A DNA stretch of 64,000 bases from an uncultured bacterium (lineage in GTDB: Bacteria; Hydrothermota; UBA3073; NMUJ01), in assembly GCA_965612795.1 (NCBI GenBank), contig CBFDTI010000001.1:1-64000 (forward strand), written 5' to 3'. Each line of letters begins with the position of its first letter. Within the stretch, counting starts at the first letter, position 1. Below are positions 40,070 through 49,679 of this stretch, piece by piece. The translations under genes and the position numbers were made by a program. Under the pieces are notes generated by a model. It ran no database searches and was not told the DNA's origin. It saw nothing but the letters and a program-made list of their open reading frames with translations.

Positions 40070-42486
40070 TTTGTAACTATATTGATGAGCTTTTTAGGTA
40101 CCACGATGATACGTTTCACCTGCTTACCCATAATATGTTGCCGTATTTTGGGATGTTCCAGTGCCATCTTACGTATATCGTCTTCTGTCACATCAAACGG
40201 TACCTGCAGACGTACCCTAAGCTTACCATCAACCTGCACCGGTATCTCAATCTCCGGTAGGTATACTTTCCCTGGATCATACTGAGGCCAACTTGCGTGG
40301 AAAATAGATCCCTCACCTCCGATCCTATGCCATAATTCTTCCGCTAGATATGGTGCAAATGGTGCAATCAGCTTCACTAACGTATAAAGCCCATAACCGA
40401 GCGTCTCGTCCTTTCCAGACTTGTAGAATTCATTGACAAGCTCCATCAACGCCGCTATCGCAGTATTATAGTGGAAATCTTCAATATCCTCCGTAACCTT
40501 CTTGATCGTGTAGTTAATCCTACGCAATAATATACTGTCATTAGCCGGTACATTCTCCGTGATTATATCGGTGTTCTCCGTCACAATCCTATAGACTCGA
40601 TCAAGGAACCGCCGTGCACCTTCAACTACACGTTCGCTCCATATACCTTCTTTTTCCGGTGGCCCCAGAAACAGCACCCCCACACGTGCAACGTCTGCAC
40701 CTACCCGCTGCACGAGAGGTCTCACCGGTACAGCTGTACCCCTTGAAGATGACATCACCTTTCCGTCTTCGTTCAATATCATACCCTGTGTGAACAACCG
40801 TAATGCCGGTTCATTCACCGGCGATATACCTGCATCGTATAACACTTTCGTGATAAATCTGAAGTATATCAGGTGACCGGTTGCATGCTCGATACCACCA
40901 ATATATTGATCGATAGGCATCCATCTCTTCGCTATCTTAGGGTCAAATATTTCGTTATCGTTATGTGGGTCGGTGTATCGCAGTTGATACCAAGATGAAT
41001 CCACGAACGTATCCATAGTATCAGGGTCACGCTTTGCATCCCCTCCACACCGTGGACACTTTGTATTTATAAATTCAGGTACCGACTCAAGTGGCGATTT
41101 ACCTTTAGGAGCGTAATCCACCACTTCAGGTAATTTCACCGGTAACTCTTCTTCCGGCACAGGTACCACACCACAACGTGGACAATGTATCATAGGGATT
41201 GGTGCACCCCAATAACGTTGCCGTGATACAAGCCAATCCCTAAGATGGAATTGCACCTCTCTACCACCCAATCCCATGGCCTTGAGCTCATCCGCCACTG
41301 CTGAAATCCCCTCTTCAGAGGTAAGTCCCGTAAATTTACCAGATTCTATCATCACCCCGTACTCTTCATAAGCTTTATCGAGCGGTTCGCTTAATTCACT
41401 ATCCACGGGTTTAATTACTACCTTTATCGGTAAGCCATACTTTTTAGCAAACTCAAAATCACGCTGATCGTGTGCAGGTACACCCATTACGATACCTGTC
41501 CCATATGTAGCAAGTACATAATCACACACATAGATCGGAATACGTTCACCCGTAAAGGGATGCACCGCATATAGGCCTGTGAATACCCCAGTCTTTTCGC
41601 GTTCACGTGATGTACGCTCTATCTCCGAAATCCTAAGCGACCTCTCGATATATTGGTGAACCTCCTCACTTAAGGGTAAGCCTTCCAATATCTCATGTTC
41701 TGGTGCTATCGCAATAAATGTCACCCCAAATACAGTATCAGCACGTGTTGTAAACACTGGTAACTGCTTATCGAACTCTGGTAGCTTAAACACGATACGT
41801 ACACCCTCGCTCTTGCCGATCCAATTTCGTTGCAGGTTTATCACCTCATCAGGCCATTTACCTTCGAGATATTTCAGATCATCCAGTAACCTCTCCGCAT
41901 ATGCAGTAATTTTGAAGAACCATTGGGTTAACTTACGTTTAATTACAAGGCTGCTACAACGCCAACATTTGCCATCACTCACTTGTTCGTTAGCTAACAC
42001 TGTCTGACAGTTTGGGCACCAGTTCACATATGCAGGTTTACGGTAGGCCAGCCCTCTCTTGTAAAGTAGAAGGAATATCCATTGCGTCCATTTGTAGTAC
42101 TCCGGTTCGCACGTCAGTATCTCACGTGTCCAATCATAACTTATACCCATGAGTCGGTAGCTTTCACGTGATATCTCGATATTCTTCATTGTCCAATCTC
42201 TTGGGTGTATACCATGCCGTATTGCTGCATTCTCTGCGGGTAGGCCAAACGCATCCCAGCCCACCGGATGCAACACCTGATACCCCTGCATCATTTTGTA
42301 CCGGGTTAATACATCACCCAACACATAGTTACGTAGATGCCCTATGTGTAAGTCACCTGATGGATACGCGAACATCTCCAGTACGTAGAATTTTCTGGCC
42401 GGATCCGGTCTATCCGTAGTTCTATAAATACCCTGGGTCTCCCACCACTTACGCCATCTATCCTCTATTTCATGAATCGGGTACAT
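40066..42486 (-). CDS. leuS: leucine--tRNA ligase
   Basis: EMFAYPSG.LHIGH, GWDAFGLPAENAAI, editing-domain TTR/GVPAHDQRD, SRQRYWG; KMSKS motif reads VMSSS. Confidence 0.97.
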   Translation of the reverse strand: MYPIHEIEDRWRKWWETQGIYRTTDRPDPARKFYVLEMFAYPSGDLHIGHLRNYVLGDVLTRYKMMQGYQVLHPVGWDAFGLPAENAAIRHGIHPRDWTMKNIEISRESYRLMGISYDWTREILTCEPEYYKWTQWIFLLLYKRGLAYRKPAYVNWCPNCQTVLANEQVSDGKCWRCSSLVIKRKLTQWFFKITAYAERLLDDLKYLEGKWPDEVINLQRNWIGKSEGVRIVFKLPEFDKQLPVFTTRADTVFGVTFIAIAPEHEILEGLPLSEEVHQYIERSLRISEIERTSREREKTGVFTGLYAVHPFTGERIPIYVCDYVLATYGTGIVMGVPAHDQRDFEFAKKYGLPIKVVIKPVDSELSEPLDKAYEEYGVMIESGKFTGLTSEEGISAVADELKAMGLGGREVQFHLRDWLVSRQRYWGAPIPMIHCPRCGVVPVPEEELPVKLPEVVDYAPKGKSPLESVPEFINTKCPRCGGDAKRDPDTMDTFVDSSWYQLRYTDPHNDNEIFDPKIAKRWMPIDQYIGGIEHATGHLIYFRFITKVLYDAGISPVNEPALRLFTQGMILNEDGKVMSSSRGTAVPVRPLVQRVGADVARVGVLFLGPPEKEGIWSERVVEGARRFLDRVYRIVTENTDIITENVPANDSILLRRINYTIKKVTEDIEDFHYNTAIAALMELVNEFYKSGKDETLGYGLYTLVKLIAPFAPYLAEELWHRIGGEGSIFHASWPQYDPGKVYLPEIEIPVQVDGKLRVRLQVPFDVTEDDIRKMALEHPKIRQHIMGKQVKRIIVVPKKLINIVTK

Positions 42487-42510
42487 CGAATTTATAACTA
42501 AAACTACAGA

Positions 42511-43122
42511 TTAAGGGTTGAAGTCAACCCACCATTTCTTGCCTTTTGTGAGTTCACACAGTTTTACCACATTCTTACCGACCAATGTTGCATAATGTAC
42601 CGCTTCACGATCTTTTGTAACATCCTCAAACCCTATCGAGTATGTAAACCCATACGGTGGGAATAACAGACCCATATCGTTAAGTGTACCCATCAACCCC
42701 AATATAGTTTGCATCGCACCATCCTCCGTACCGGTTACGACTATGCCACCAACTTTACCATCGAGTAACTTACCTTCGTTCTCAAGCGCTGTTAGCCTAT
42801 CTATGAGGTTCTTCATCATCCCTGACATCGCGTACCAGTACACTGGGGTGACGAAAATCAAGATATCCGCCTCCAGTATCTTTTCAAATATCCAAACCAT
42901 ATCATCACGCAGATCGTCCGATGTACATGTGCGGCGGGTACATTTTTTCGGATCTTCCGACCCACACCCCTTACATGGACGGATATCGCAATCTACAAGA
43001 TGTAAGATTTCCACTTCATAACCACTTTCTTCTATTGTTTCAATCACCACACGAGCTAATTCCATGGTTATACCATCTTTACGAGGTGACCCATTTATAA
43101 CAAGCGCTTTACCCATTGTCAC
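42511..43122 (-). CDS. iron-sulfur flavoprotein / flavodoxin family
   Basis: INGSPRKDG.T, PCKGC...C...C...DDM, TPVYW. Confidence 0.88.
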   Translation of the reverse strand: MTMGKALVINGSPRKDGITMELARVVIETIEESGYEVEILHLVDCDIRPCKGCGSEDPKKCTRRTCTSDDLRDDMVWIFEKILEADILIFVTPVYWYAMSGMMKNLIDRLTALENEGKLLDGKVGGIVVTGTEDGAMQTILGLMGTLNDMGLLFPPYGFTYSIGFEDVTKDREAVHYATLVGKNVVKLCELTKGKKWWVDFNP

Positions 43123-43972
43123 CTCCCACTTTCACGGTAATATTATCAATAAGCCTTGCCTTACCGAGATATGCAGCAATAGCTATAAGAGCTTCACCCT
43201 TTTCCAACCTCTCTATCGGGTTGAGTTCCTCTTTATCCACGATCTCGATATATTCCACCCTTATGCGATCGTACTTAGATAGGAACTCGTGCATAGCGGC
43301 TATAATTTTACTTGCATCACGTTCACCCTGTTCCACAAGGTTTTTGGCCAACAATAGCGATTGATAAATAGCAGGTGCTACCTTACGTTCTTCCTCAGTA
43401 AGATATTCGTTTCTTGAGCTCATCGCCAGTCCATCTGGTTCACGTACGGTGGGCCCCACGATTATTTTGACGGGAAAGTTAAGGTCACGCACCATCCGTT
43501 TTATTATTATTGCCTGTTGTGCATCTTTCTCACCAAATACTGCAATATCTGGCATAACGATATTGAAGAGCTTCGCCACCACCGTAGTGACACCACGAAA
43601 ATGTCCTGGCCTGTATCTACCACATAGCTTATCGGAGAGCCCCTTCACCTCGACATATGTGGTAAACCCCTTAGGATACAGGTCATCAACCGATGGGTAA
43701 AACATTATATCTACCCCCATCTTCTCAAGTATCTCTTTGTCACGCTCAATATCCCTGGGATATCTATCGTAATCTTCACTCGGTCCAAACTGAATGGGGT
43801 TGACAAATATACTCACAACCACAATATCAGCATGCTTGCGTGCTATATTTATAAGAGAAGTATGTCCCTCATGCAGATACCCCATAGTGGGTACGAACCC
43901 CACTGTCTTACCCCGTCTTTTATATTCAAGCGATAGTCGCTGCATATCTTTTGACCGTGTCACGATCCTCAT
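43109..43972 (-). CDS. panC: pantoate--beta-alanine ligase
   Basis: VPTMGYLHEGH, FVNP.QF, RPGHF, GEKD, SSRN, RLIDN. Confidence 0.97.
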   Translation of the reverse strand: MRIVTRSKDMQRLSLEYKRRGKTVGFVPTMGYLHEGHTSLINIARKHADIVVVSIFVNPIQFGPSEDYDRYPRDIERDKEILEKMGVDIMFYPSVDDLYPKGFTTYVEVKGLSDKLCGRYRPGHFRGVTTVVAKLFNIVMPDIAVFGEKDAQQAIIIKRMVRDLNFPVKIIVGPTVREPDGLAMSSRNEYLTEEERKVAPAIYQSLLLAKNLVEQGERDASKIIAAMHEFLSKYDRIRVEYIEIVDKEELNPIERLEKGEALIAIAAYLGKARLIDNITVKVGGDNG

Positions 43973-44423
43973 CGCTGAGCTCCTTCACTAACTCATACAC
44001 TGTTTTCTTAAGAACGGGATGCACCAAATTAGGTGCTATATCAGCCAGCGGTATCAACACAAACGGCCGTACATGTAAATATGGGTGTGGTATCTTAAGT
44101 TCAGGTGTATCGAGTATCAATTCATCGTAAAATAAGATGTCAATATCTATCTCACGTGGCCCCCAACGTGGTGACGGTTGACGTCCTACCCGTTGTTCTA
44201 TCGCTTTTATCTCACGAAGAAGTAACAATGGTGCAAGCTCCGTCACCATCCTTATCACAGCGTTTAAAAATCGTGGCTGTACCATCTGACCCCATGCTTC
44301 TGTCTCATAAACTGGCGATATTGTGATTAGTTTTCCTACTTTGTGAAGCTCACCTATTGCACGTTTAAGATAGATTAACCTTTCCCCTTTGTTCGATCCT
44401 AACCCCAGATATACTTCATTCAC
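43926..44423 (-). CDS. folK: 2-amino-4-hydroxy-6-hydroxymethyldihydropteridine diphosphokinase
   Basis: LGLGSN, FLN, WGPREIDIDIL, PHP...R.FVL.PL. Confidence 0.96.
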   Translation of the reverse strand: MNEVYLGLGSNKGERLIYLKRAIGELHKVGKLITISPVYETEAWGQMVQPRFLNAVIRMVTELAPLLLLREIKAIEQRVGRQPSPRWGPREIDIDILFYDELILDTPELKIPHPYLHVRPFVLIPLADIAPNLVHPVLKKTVYELVKELSDEDRDTVKRYAATIA

Positions 44424-45438
44424 TACCCAATTCTTTAGCTTTGTTCATATCCTGGATAGATGCATCCTTATTACCTAACTTCCAATGTATACCCGATCGT
44501 ATAGTATAATACTCTGCTTTGTTGGGGTTTATCTCGATTGCTTTCGAAATCGCATCGAGCGCCTTCTCGTAATTCTCCGCCTGTATACACATCACTGCCA
44601 GCAGATACCAAGCCTCTTCATCGTCGGGGTTAAGCTCTGTAGCTTTCGCAAACTCTTCTATAGCCTTATCGTATTGTTTAAGCTGTGCGTAAAGGTTACC
44701 CAAGTTGTAATAGGTATCGCTATTGTTAGGGTTAAGCCTGAGCGACTCCTCAAAATACACTATGGCACTATCAGCATACTCTTTATCTTGTGTATCATTG
44801 TATTTATTTGCATAGATAACACCCATGAAGTAATGTGCATCCCCACTGGTGTCGATTGCTATCCACTTCCTAAGTATAGAGAGAGCTTCGTCCCATTTCT
44901 TCTCTTTTGTGTAGCGATTAACCAGTATTTCTGCAGACTTCGATATCCATTCCGCTCGTGGGGAGTGTTCAATTATCCCTATGAGAGTGGATTCAGCAAG
45001 CGCCTCTTCACCACCCTGCAGGTATGCTTGTGCTAGGTAAAAATGTGCTGAGAACGAGTCAGGTTCTAACTCTATAGCGCGTTTAAACCGCTCTATCGCC
45101 TTATCCCACTCCTTTTCGTTGAAACACAGAGCACCAGCGTTGAAATACACACCCCAATAGAAGCCAATATCTTTCTCCATATCCTTAAATGCATATGCTG
45201 AATCGAGCTCTATAGCGTGCTCCCATGCATCACTTGCATTCAGATAGTCTTTCTTCATAGCATACGCACGACCCAACCACATGTAAGCGTCAGCGTTCGG
45301 GTTCTCGCTAATCTCAAGTTGAAACTGTTCGATCGCCTTATCCCAGTTCTGTTGTTGCATGTAAACCTTACCACCGGTCATATGTTCAGATGCACACCCT
45401 ACAACCAACAGGCCAACAAGAATAAGCCAGTGCTTCAT
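44416..45438 (-). CDS. TPR-repeat lipoprotein
   Basis: lipobox VVGC, multiple TPR motifs. Confidence 0.88.
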   Translation of the reverse strand: MKHWLILVGLLVVGCASEHMTGGKVYMQQQNWDKAIEQFQLEISENPNADAYMWLGRAYAMKKDYLNASDAWEHAIELDSAYAFKDMEKDIGFYWGVYFNAGALCFNEKEWDKAIERFKRAIELEPDSFSAHFYLAQAYLQGGEEALAESTLIGIIEHSPRAEWISKSAEILVNRYTKEKKWDEALSILRKWIAIDTSGDAHYFMGVIYANKYNDTQDKEYADSAIVYFEESLRLNPNNSDTYYNLGNLYAQLKQYDKAIEEFAKATELNPDDEEAWYLLAVMCIQAENYEKALDAISKAIEINPNKAEYYTIRSGIHWKLGNKDASIQDMNKAKELGSE

Positions 45439-45457
45439 TCTACCCCCTTCTGGATTT

Positions 45458-45484
45458 AAAATACTTGTAAATCTTAGGTGTCAA
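45458..45484 (-). promoter_or_regulatory. promoter of TPR-folK-panC operon
   Basis: TTGACA-N15-TATTTT. Confidence 0.65.
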
Positions 45485-45761
45485 CATATCTCACAATGTA
45501 TGGGACCGAATTCATCTGGTACATAGCTTCAATCCATAGCTTGATGGTTACCATTTTCACATAGTTTTAGTACATGAAAGGTCAGATGCCCAGGATTTTA
45601 CAAGTAATACTTTTAGAGATATATGTTACTGTTGTGGTAAACTTATTGGTAGTGACAATTTCTGAGGTATTGTGTGTACATTCCCAAAATCTATCCCTGC
45701 AGCCGTAACAGCTGCTGTAGCTGCCGCATTTGCCGTCTCAAAGAAAATACGGTAACCACGG

Positions 45762-47135
45762 TTAAGCTCCACACTTTCTGCAAACAAGTTGTATCATTAT
45801 CACGAGCAATGACACCATAACCCCAGGTATGAACCCATGTATCCCATATGGATTTCTTAGTATAAGCCATACCAATGAGGTGACAAACCCACCCAACATC
45901 GAATATATCACACGTATACGGTAGGGTTCCCTCATATATATACCAAAAATTAATGGAAACAATGTGATAGATGCAACTACTGCCCACGCGAATGCACACA
46001 GTGTAAGCACAAGAGCGGGCGGCTTAAGCGCGATACCTAATGAGATTAACCCTATTACTATACTCCATAACCTACCATATAGGACACCCATTTCTTTGTA
46101 ACGTACAAGATCCTTTACGATGCTGCTGGATAGTATTATCAAGATCGCAGAGAAAGTTGACATCCCTGCAGCTATAACACCCACAAGAAATATGGCCTCA
46201 CCAAGCGGGTTAAGGACCAGTTTAACCAAACTTGGAATCGCCAAATCCGGTGACTTTAAGTGTGGAAACAATATACGAGCTATCGCACCGTTAAAATATG
46301 GAAGCACTGCCATACTGCAGCCCAAAGTTGCTAATATAGCACCTACACGTATGAGTTCCTTGCGTTTGATTGAATAAAATCGTACGATAAGTTGTGGCAT
46401 ACCCCACACACCGAGACTCACCACTAATGCGAACGAAAACAACCCCTTAGCCCCCCATATCCCAGGGGTAGTAACTAATCCCTCATTTATAAGGCGCAAC
46501 TTCTCATGTACAATGGTGAACCCACCTGTATATCGTAGTGCCATCCCCGTAATCATAACGAGTGCCACCATCATTATAATAGCTTGTACGAAGCCAGTCC
46601 ATACCACCGCAAAGTAACCACCTAGTACCACATAAATAAGGATTATCAAACCCGATAATACTACACCCACCCAGTACGGCATATCCATAAGCACTTCAAA
46701 TGAATGTCCCATACCTTTGAGGATGCTCACGTTGTAGACTATCATAAACAGCACGATGACAATAGCGGAGAATATCTTTGCCACCTCACTGTTGTATAAT
46801 TTACCGAGGAAATCCGGCAGCGTAATACTATTGTAACGATGTGTCAACTCACGTATACGTTCACCAAGCAATATCCAACATAACGTGCCACCAAACAGCA
46901 CGTTGAATGCACCTATCCATATGGTGGCCATCCCGTATTTATAGCCATAACCCGCACCTCCCACAATTACGACTGATGAAAAATAAGCTGCTACATATGA
47001 GAGTGCAGTCACCCACACCCCTATACGACGACCACCAAGATAATAATCTTCGTCACCCTTTGTACGTTTCTGCCATAATAATCCGATTACCAATAACAAT
47101 CCAAGGTATAAGCAAAGCACAACCACATATATCAT
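45762..47135 (-). CDS. sodium:solute symporter (PanF/PutP-like)
   Basis: DYYLGGR, A.YFSS...G..G..Y..G, GGYFAVVWT, PQ...RFY, AAGMST. Confidence 0.92.
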   Translation of the reverse strand: MIYVVVLCLYLGLLLVIGLLWQKRTKGDEDYYLGGRRIGVWVTALSYVAAYFSSVVIVGGAGYGYKYGMATIWIGAFNVLFGGTLCWILLGERIRELTHRYNSITLPDFLGKLYNSEVAKIFSAIVIVLFMIVYNVSILKGMGHSFEVLMDMPYWVGVVLSGLIILIYVVLGGYFAVVWTGFVQAIIMMVALVMITGMALRYTGGFTIVHEKLRLINEGLVTTPGIWGAKGLFSFALVVSLGVWGMPQLIVRFYSIKRKELIRVGAILATLGCSMAVLPYFNGAIARILFPHLKSPDLAIPSLVKLVLNPLGEAIFLVGVIAAGMSTFSAILIILSSSIVKDLVRYKEMGVLYGRLWSIVIGLISLGIALKPPALVLTLCAFAWAVVASITLFPLIFGIYMREPYRIRVIYSMLGGFVTSLVWLILRNPYGIHGFIPGVMVSLLVIMIQLVCRKCGA

Positions 47136-47221
47136 CGATGGCGTATGTACCAGATTACACTATATATAATACATGCCAGGATCAAAACATACGCACCAAA
47201 TGTAGATGGTGGGCAGCCCAT
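47132..47221 (-). CDS. small single-TM symporter accessory protein (29 aa, not in ORF track)
   Basis: MGCPPSTFGAYVLILACIIYSVIWYIRHR*; TGA overlaps symporter ATG. Confidence 0.65.
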   Translation of the reverse strand: MGCPPSTFGAYVLILACIIYSVIWYIRHR

Positions 47222-47300
47222 CGTAACTAAGATGAAGTCCTATCATAGAAGGTCAACTCCTCAAGGCTTGTCTAACATTGAAAATGCTGTATATTATTAG

Positions 47301-47646
47301 ATGACCGGGTGGATCGGGTGGTCGCCCCGATGTTGGGGAGGAAAGTCCGGGCACCACAGGGCAGGGTACCCCGCGATAAGCGGGGGCTCTAGGAGCGATA
47401 TCTCCTAGAGACGGAAAGTGCCACAGAAAACAGACCGCCAGCGGTCCCGTTCTATGGGATGCGGGCAAGGGTGAAAAGGTGGGGTAAGAGCCCACCGCTC
47501 TGGTGGCGACACCAGAGGCACGGCAAACCCTACCCGGTGCAAGGCCAAATAGGGGGAGAGGTGGCCCGCCTCGTCATCACCCCGGGTAGGCCGCTAAGAT
47601 AGATGACCACCCTCGACAGAACCCGGCTTACAGATCCACCCGGTCA
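47301..47646 (+). ncRNA. rnpB: RNase P RNA, bacterial type A
   Basis: GAGGAAAGTCCGGGC, GGAAAGTGCCACAGAAA, GGGTAAGAGCCCACC, GGCAAACCC, ACAGAACCCGGCTTA; P1 ATGACCGGGTGGATC / GATCCACCCGGTCAT. Confidence 0.97.
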
Positions 47647-48726
47647 TAACTTGTAGTATGGAGGATATACCAGTATATAATCACCGAACCCGTGTTCGTC
47701 CACAAATATGAACACCATGTTACGTGAATAGTAATACCATATCTCATAGGGCTTATATTCGAGTTCGAATGGATGTGATTCCACCTCATCCGGTGGCCCC
47801 AATAGTATATAAACCCTACCTCTATCGGTACGCCATCCTTCCTGAGTTTCACGAAAATGTGTATTCGCATACTCTACACGTTCCAGGTATGTCTCCTTAT
47901 ATTCATTATGTGGGGTACCGGGAGTAGGGTCACGTTTTTCCCAGAACTTCTTCCATAACTGTTCACGCTCGGAGCGAGTTTTGGCCTTCCTGAACGCATC
48001 CATTTCGTCGCCTGTCGCTATGTAAGATAATACCTCGTAGTTATCGATGTACTTCCAATCAAGATATGGGCCAAACAGTAACGTATCTTCATAGACTTTA
48101 TCACCAAGCCTTAACTGATATATACCCTGCTTTTCGTCAGCTCTCACATATAACGTGCATGGGTAAGTGATTCTATCTCCACTCAAAATTATGCTGTCAG
48201 TTCTATCCCCTATTTTGTAATAAACTGTGAAAGGCGCTTTCTTCTCACGAAAATCATATACATTGAAAATCAAGTATCCCAAAAGCACACTATCTTCTGT
48301 TGCTATAAAAATAGGCGATGAGAACGTTAACACATTTTCTGGTTTATCTGGTATCCTGATAGTCTCTCGCTGCCTGGACACAGTTTGTGTCTGTAGATCA
48401 CGTAGCTCCACTTCCAACGTATATTCGCCGGGTTCAAACGGCCCCATTTTCAGCTCACTTGTAAGCTCATAATACGACACGGTGGTTTCATATTCTGGGA
48501 ACACTTTACGGTCTATATGGATGTCGCCGATCTCAATTTCACCATGCCTCATGTATGCCGAGATTGCAAAATTGGTCACAAACTCCGTATCTTGACGTAT
48601 GAAAGTGAGCTCGTTTGCCGGTATCGAAACATATACAAGCAGATATGGGCGCCCATCTTCCCATATAAGGGTTTTTTGGTAACTAAACCCTACCATAAAA
48701 AGGAGTAATAAACACCACATACTCAC
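47644..48726 (-). CDS. GWxTD domain protein
   Basis: FW..RDPTPGT..NE...Y..RV.YAN..F...GWRTDRGRVYI.LGPPD. Confidence 0.92.
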   Translation of the reverse strand: MSMWCLLLLFMVGFSYQKTLIWEDGRPYLLVYVSIPANELTFIRQDTEFVTNFAISAYMRHGEIEIGDIHIDRKVFPEYETTVSYYELTSELKMGPFEPGEYTLEVELRDLQTQTVSRQRETIRIPDKPENVLTFSSPIFIATEDSVLLGYLIFNVYDFREKKAPFTVYYKIGDRTDSIILSGDRITYPCTLYVRADEKQGIYQLRLGDKVYEDTLLFGPYLDWKYIDNYEVLSYIATGDEMDAFRKAKTRSEREQLWKKFWEKRDPTPGTPHNEYKETYLERVEYANTHFRETQEGWRTDRGRVYILLGPPDEVESHPFELEYKPYEIWYYYSRNMVFIFVDEHGFGDYILVYPPYYKL

Positions 48727-48760
48727 TTATAAGTTACTGGACAAATCCATTTATGCAATA

Positions 48761-48895
48761 TCATTCGTGTGTCCCGAACATCTGTAAGAATTTCACAATA
48801 ACATTGATATTACGCCAGAGAAATATCAATCCTATAAGCAGAAATATTAGCACGATTATAGGAGTCCATGCAGGTCTTATCCTCCTATACTGCAC
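48761..48895 (-). CDS. small single-TM protein (44 aa, not in ORF track)
   Basis: GTG start; MQYRRIRPAWTPIIVLIFLLIGLIFLWRNINVIVKFLQMFGTHE*; fills the trmI-GWxTD gap. Confidence 0.6.
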   Translation of the reverse strand: MQYRRIRPAWTPIIVLIFLLIGLIFLWRNINVIVKFLQMFGTHE

Positions 48896-48905
48896 AAATT
48901 TATAG

Positions 48906-49679
48906 TTAGGCCATTTCATTCACAATTTTATTCCCAAATGTAATATAACCCGTATGACATATCATAAACTCCCTTGGCCGTGTTTTACCCTCACGCACCA
49001 ATATCTCACGTTCTATAACCTCCACTGTACGTAACCGCACAAAGTAACTCTTCAACGCCTCATATGTTTTCTGTACCTGTTCAATGTTAGGTGAAAGTGA
49101 TACCCAAAATCCACCGGGTTCTAGCACCTCATACACTGGACGGACGAATTCCCATGGTTCAGGTACATCCACAAAAGCCACCTCCACTGCAGGGATATTG
49201 AACCCTTCCTTTGTAGGGTCACACAGTAAGAATTCCACTCTATCTGCTAAGCTTGCCCTCCTCACATTGTTTATTGCATTATCCAGAAACTCCTTACGAC
49301 GCTCAAATGAGTATACTTTACCTGTTGTCCCCACGATAGTGGCAAGCACTATGGTGAATGCACCCGATCCTGTACCCACTTCGAGAACACGGCTACCACA
49401 TCCTATAGACGTATATAACAACATAAGGCCAGCATCTTTTGGATATATGATAGTTGTCAATCTACGTACCTTAAGCATTAGATCGCCGGTGGCTGGCTTT
49501 ATCACATAAAATGTCGTCCCAGATGAGGAAACAATCTTCTCACCCCATTTCAAATCCTCAGGTAGGATAATCTCCCCCTTATGTGTGGAAAATTTAACCC
49601 CTGGTTTATAAACAAGTAGAAACTGTGCCTTCGGTCCACTATACAATAGAATTTGGTCACCTTCGTGCACTGATTGCAT
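48906..49679 (-). CDS. trmI: tRNA (adenine-58-N1)-methyltransferase
   Basis: THKG, IIYPKD, VLEVGTGSG, D.PEPW, SPNIEQV, HTGY. Confidence 0.93.
   Translation of the reverse strand: MQSVHEGDQILLYSGPKAQFLLVYKPGVKFSTHKGEIILPEDLKWGEKIVSSSGTTFYVIKPATGDLMLKVRRLTTIIYPKDAGLMLLYTSIGCGSRVLEVGTGSGAFTIVLATIVGTTGKVYSFERRKEFLDNAINNVRRASLADRVEFLLCDPTKEGFNIPAVEVAFVDVPEPWEFVRPVYEVLEPGGFWVSLSPNIEQVQKTYEALKSYFVRLRTVEVIEREILVREGKTRPREFMICHTGYITFGNKIVNEMA

Noticed and set aside
47253..47495. 80-aa ORF in the track
   Set aside because: Antisense to RNase P RNA.
48803..48894. Three consecutive short inverted repeats suggesting an ncRNA
   Set aside because: AT-rich 5-9 bp arms with large loops, better explained by the small membrane-protein ORF.
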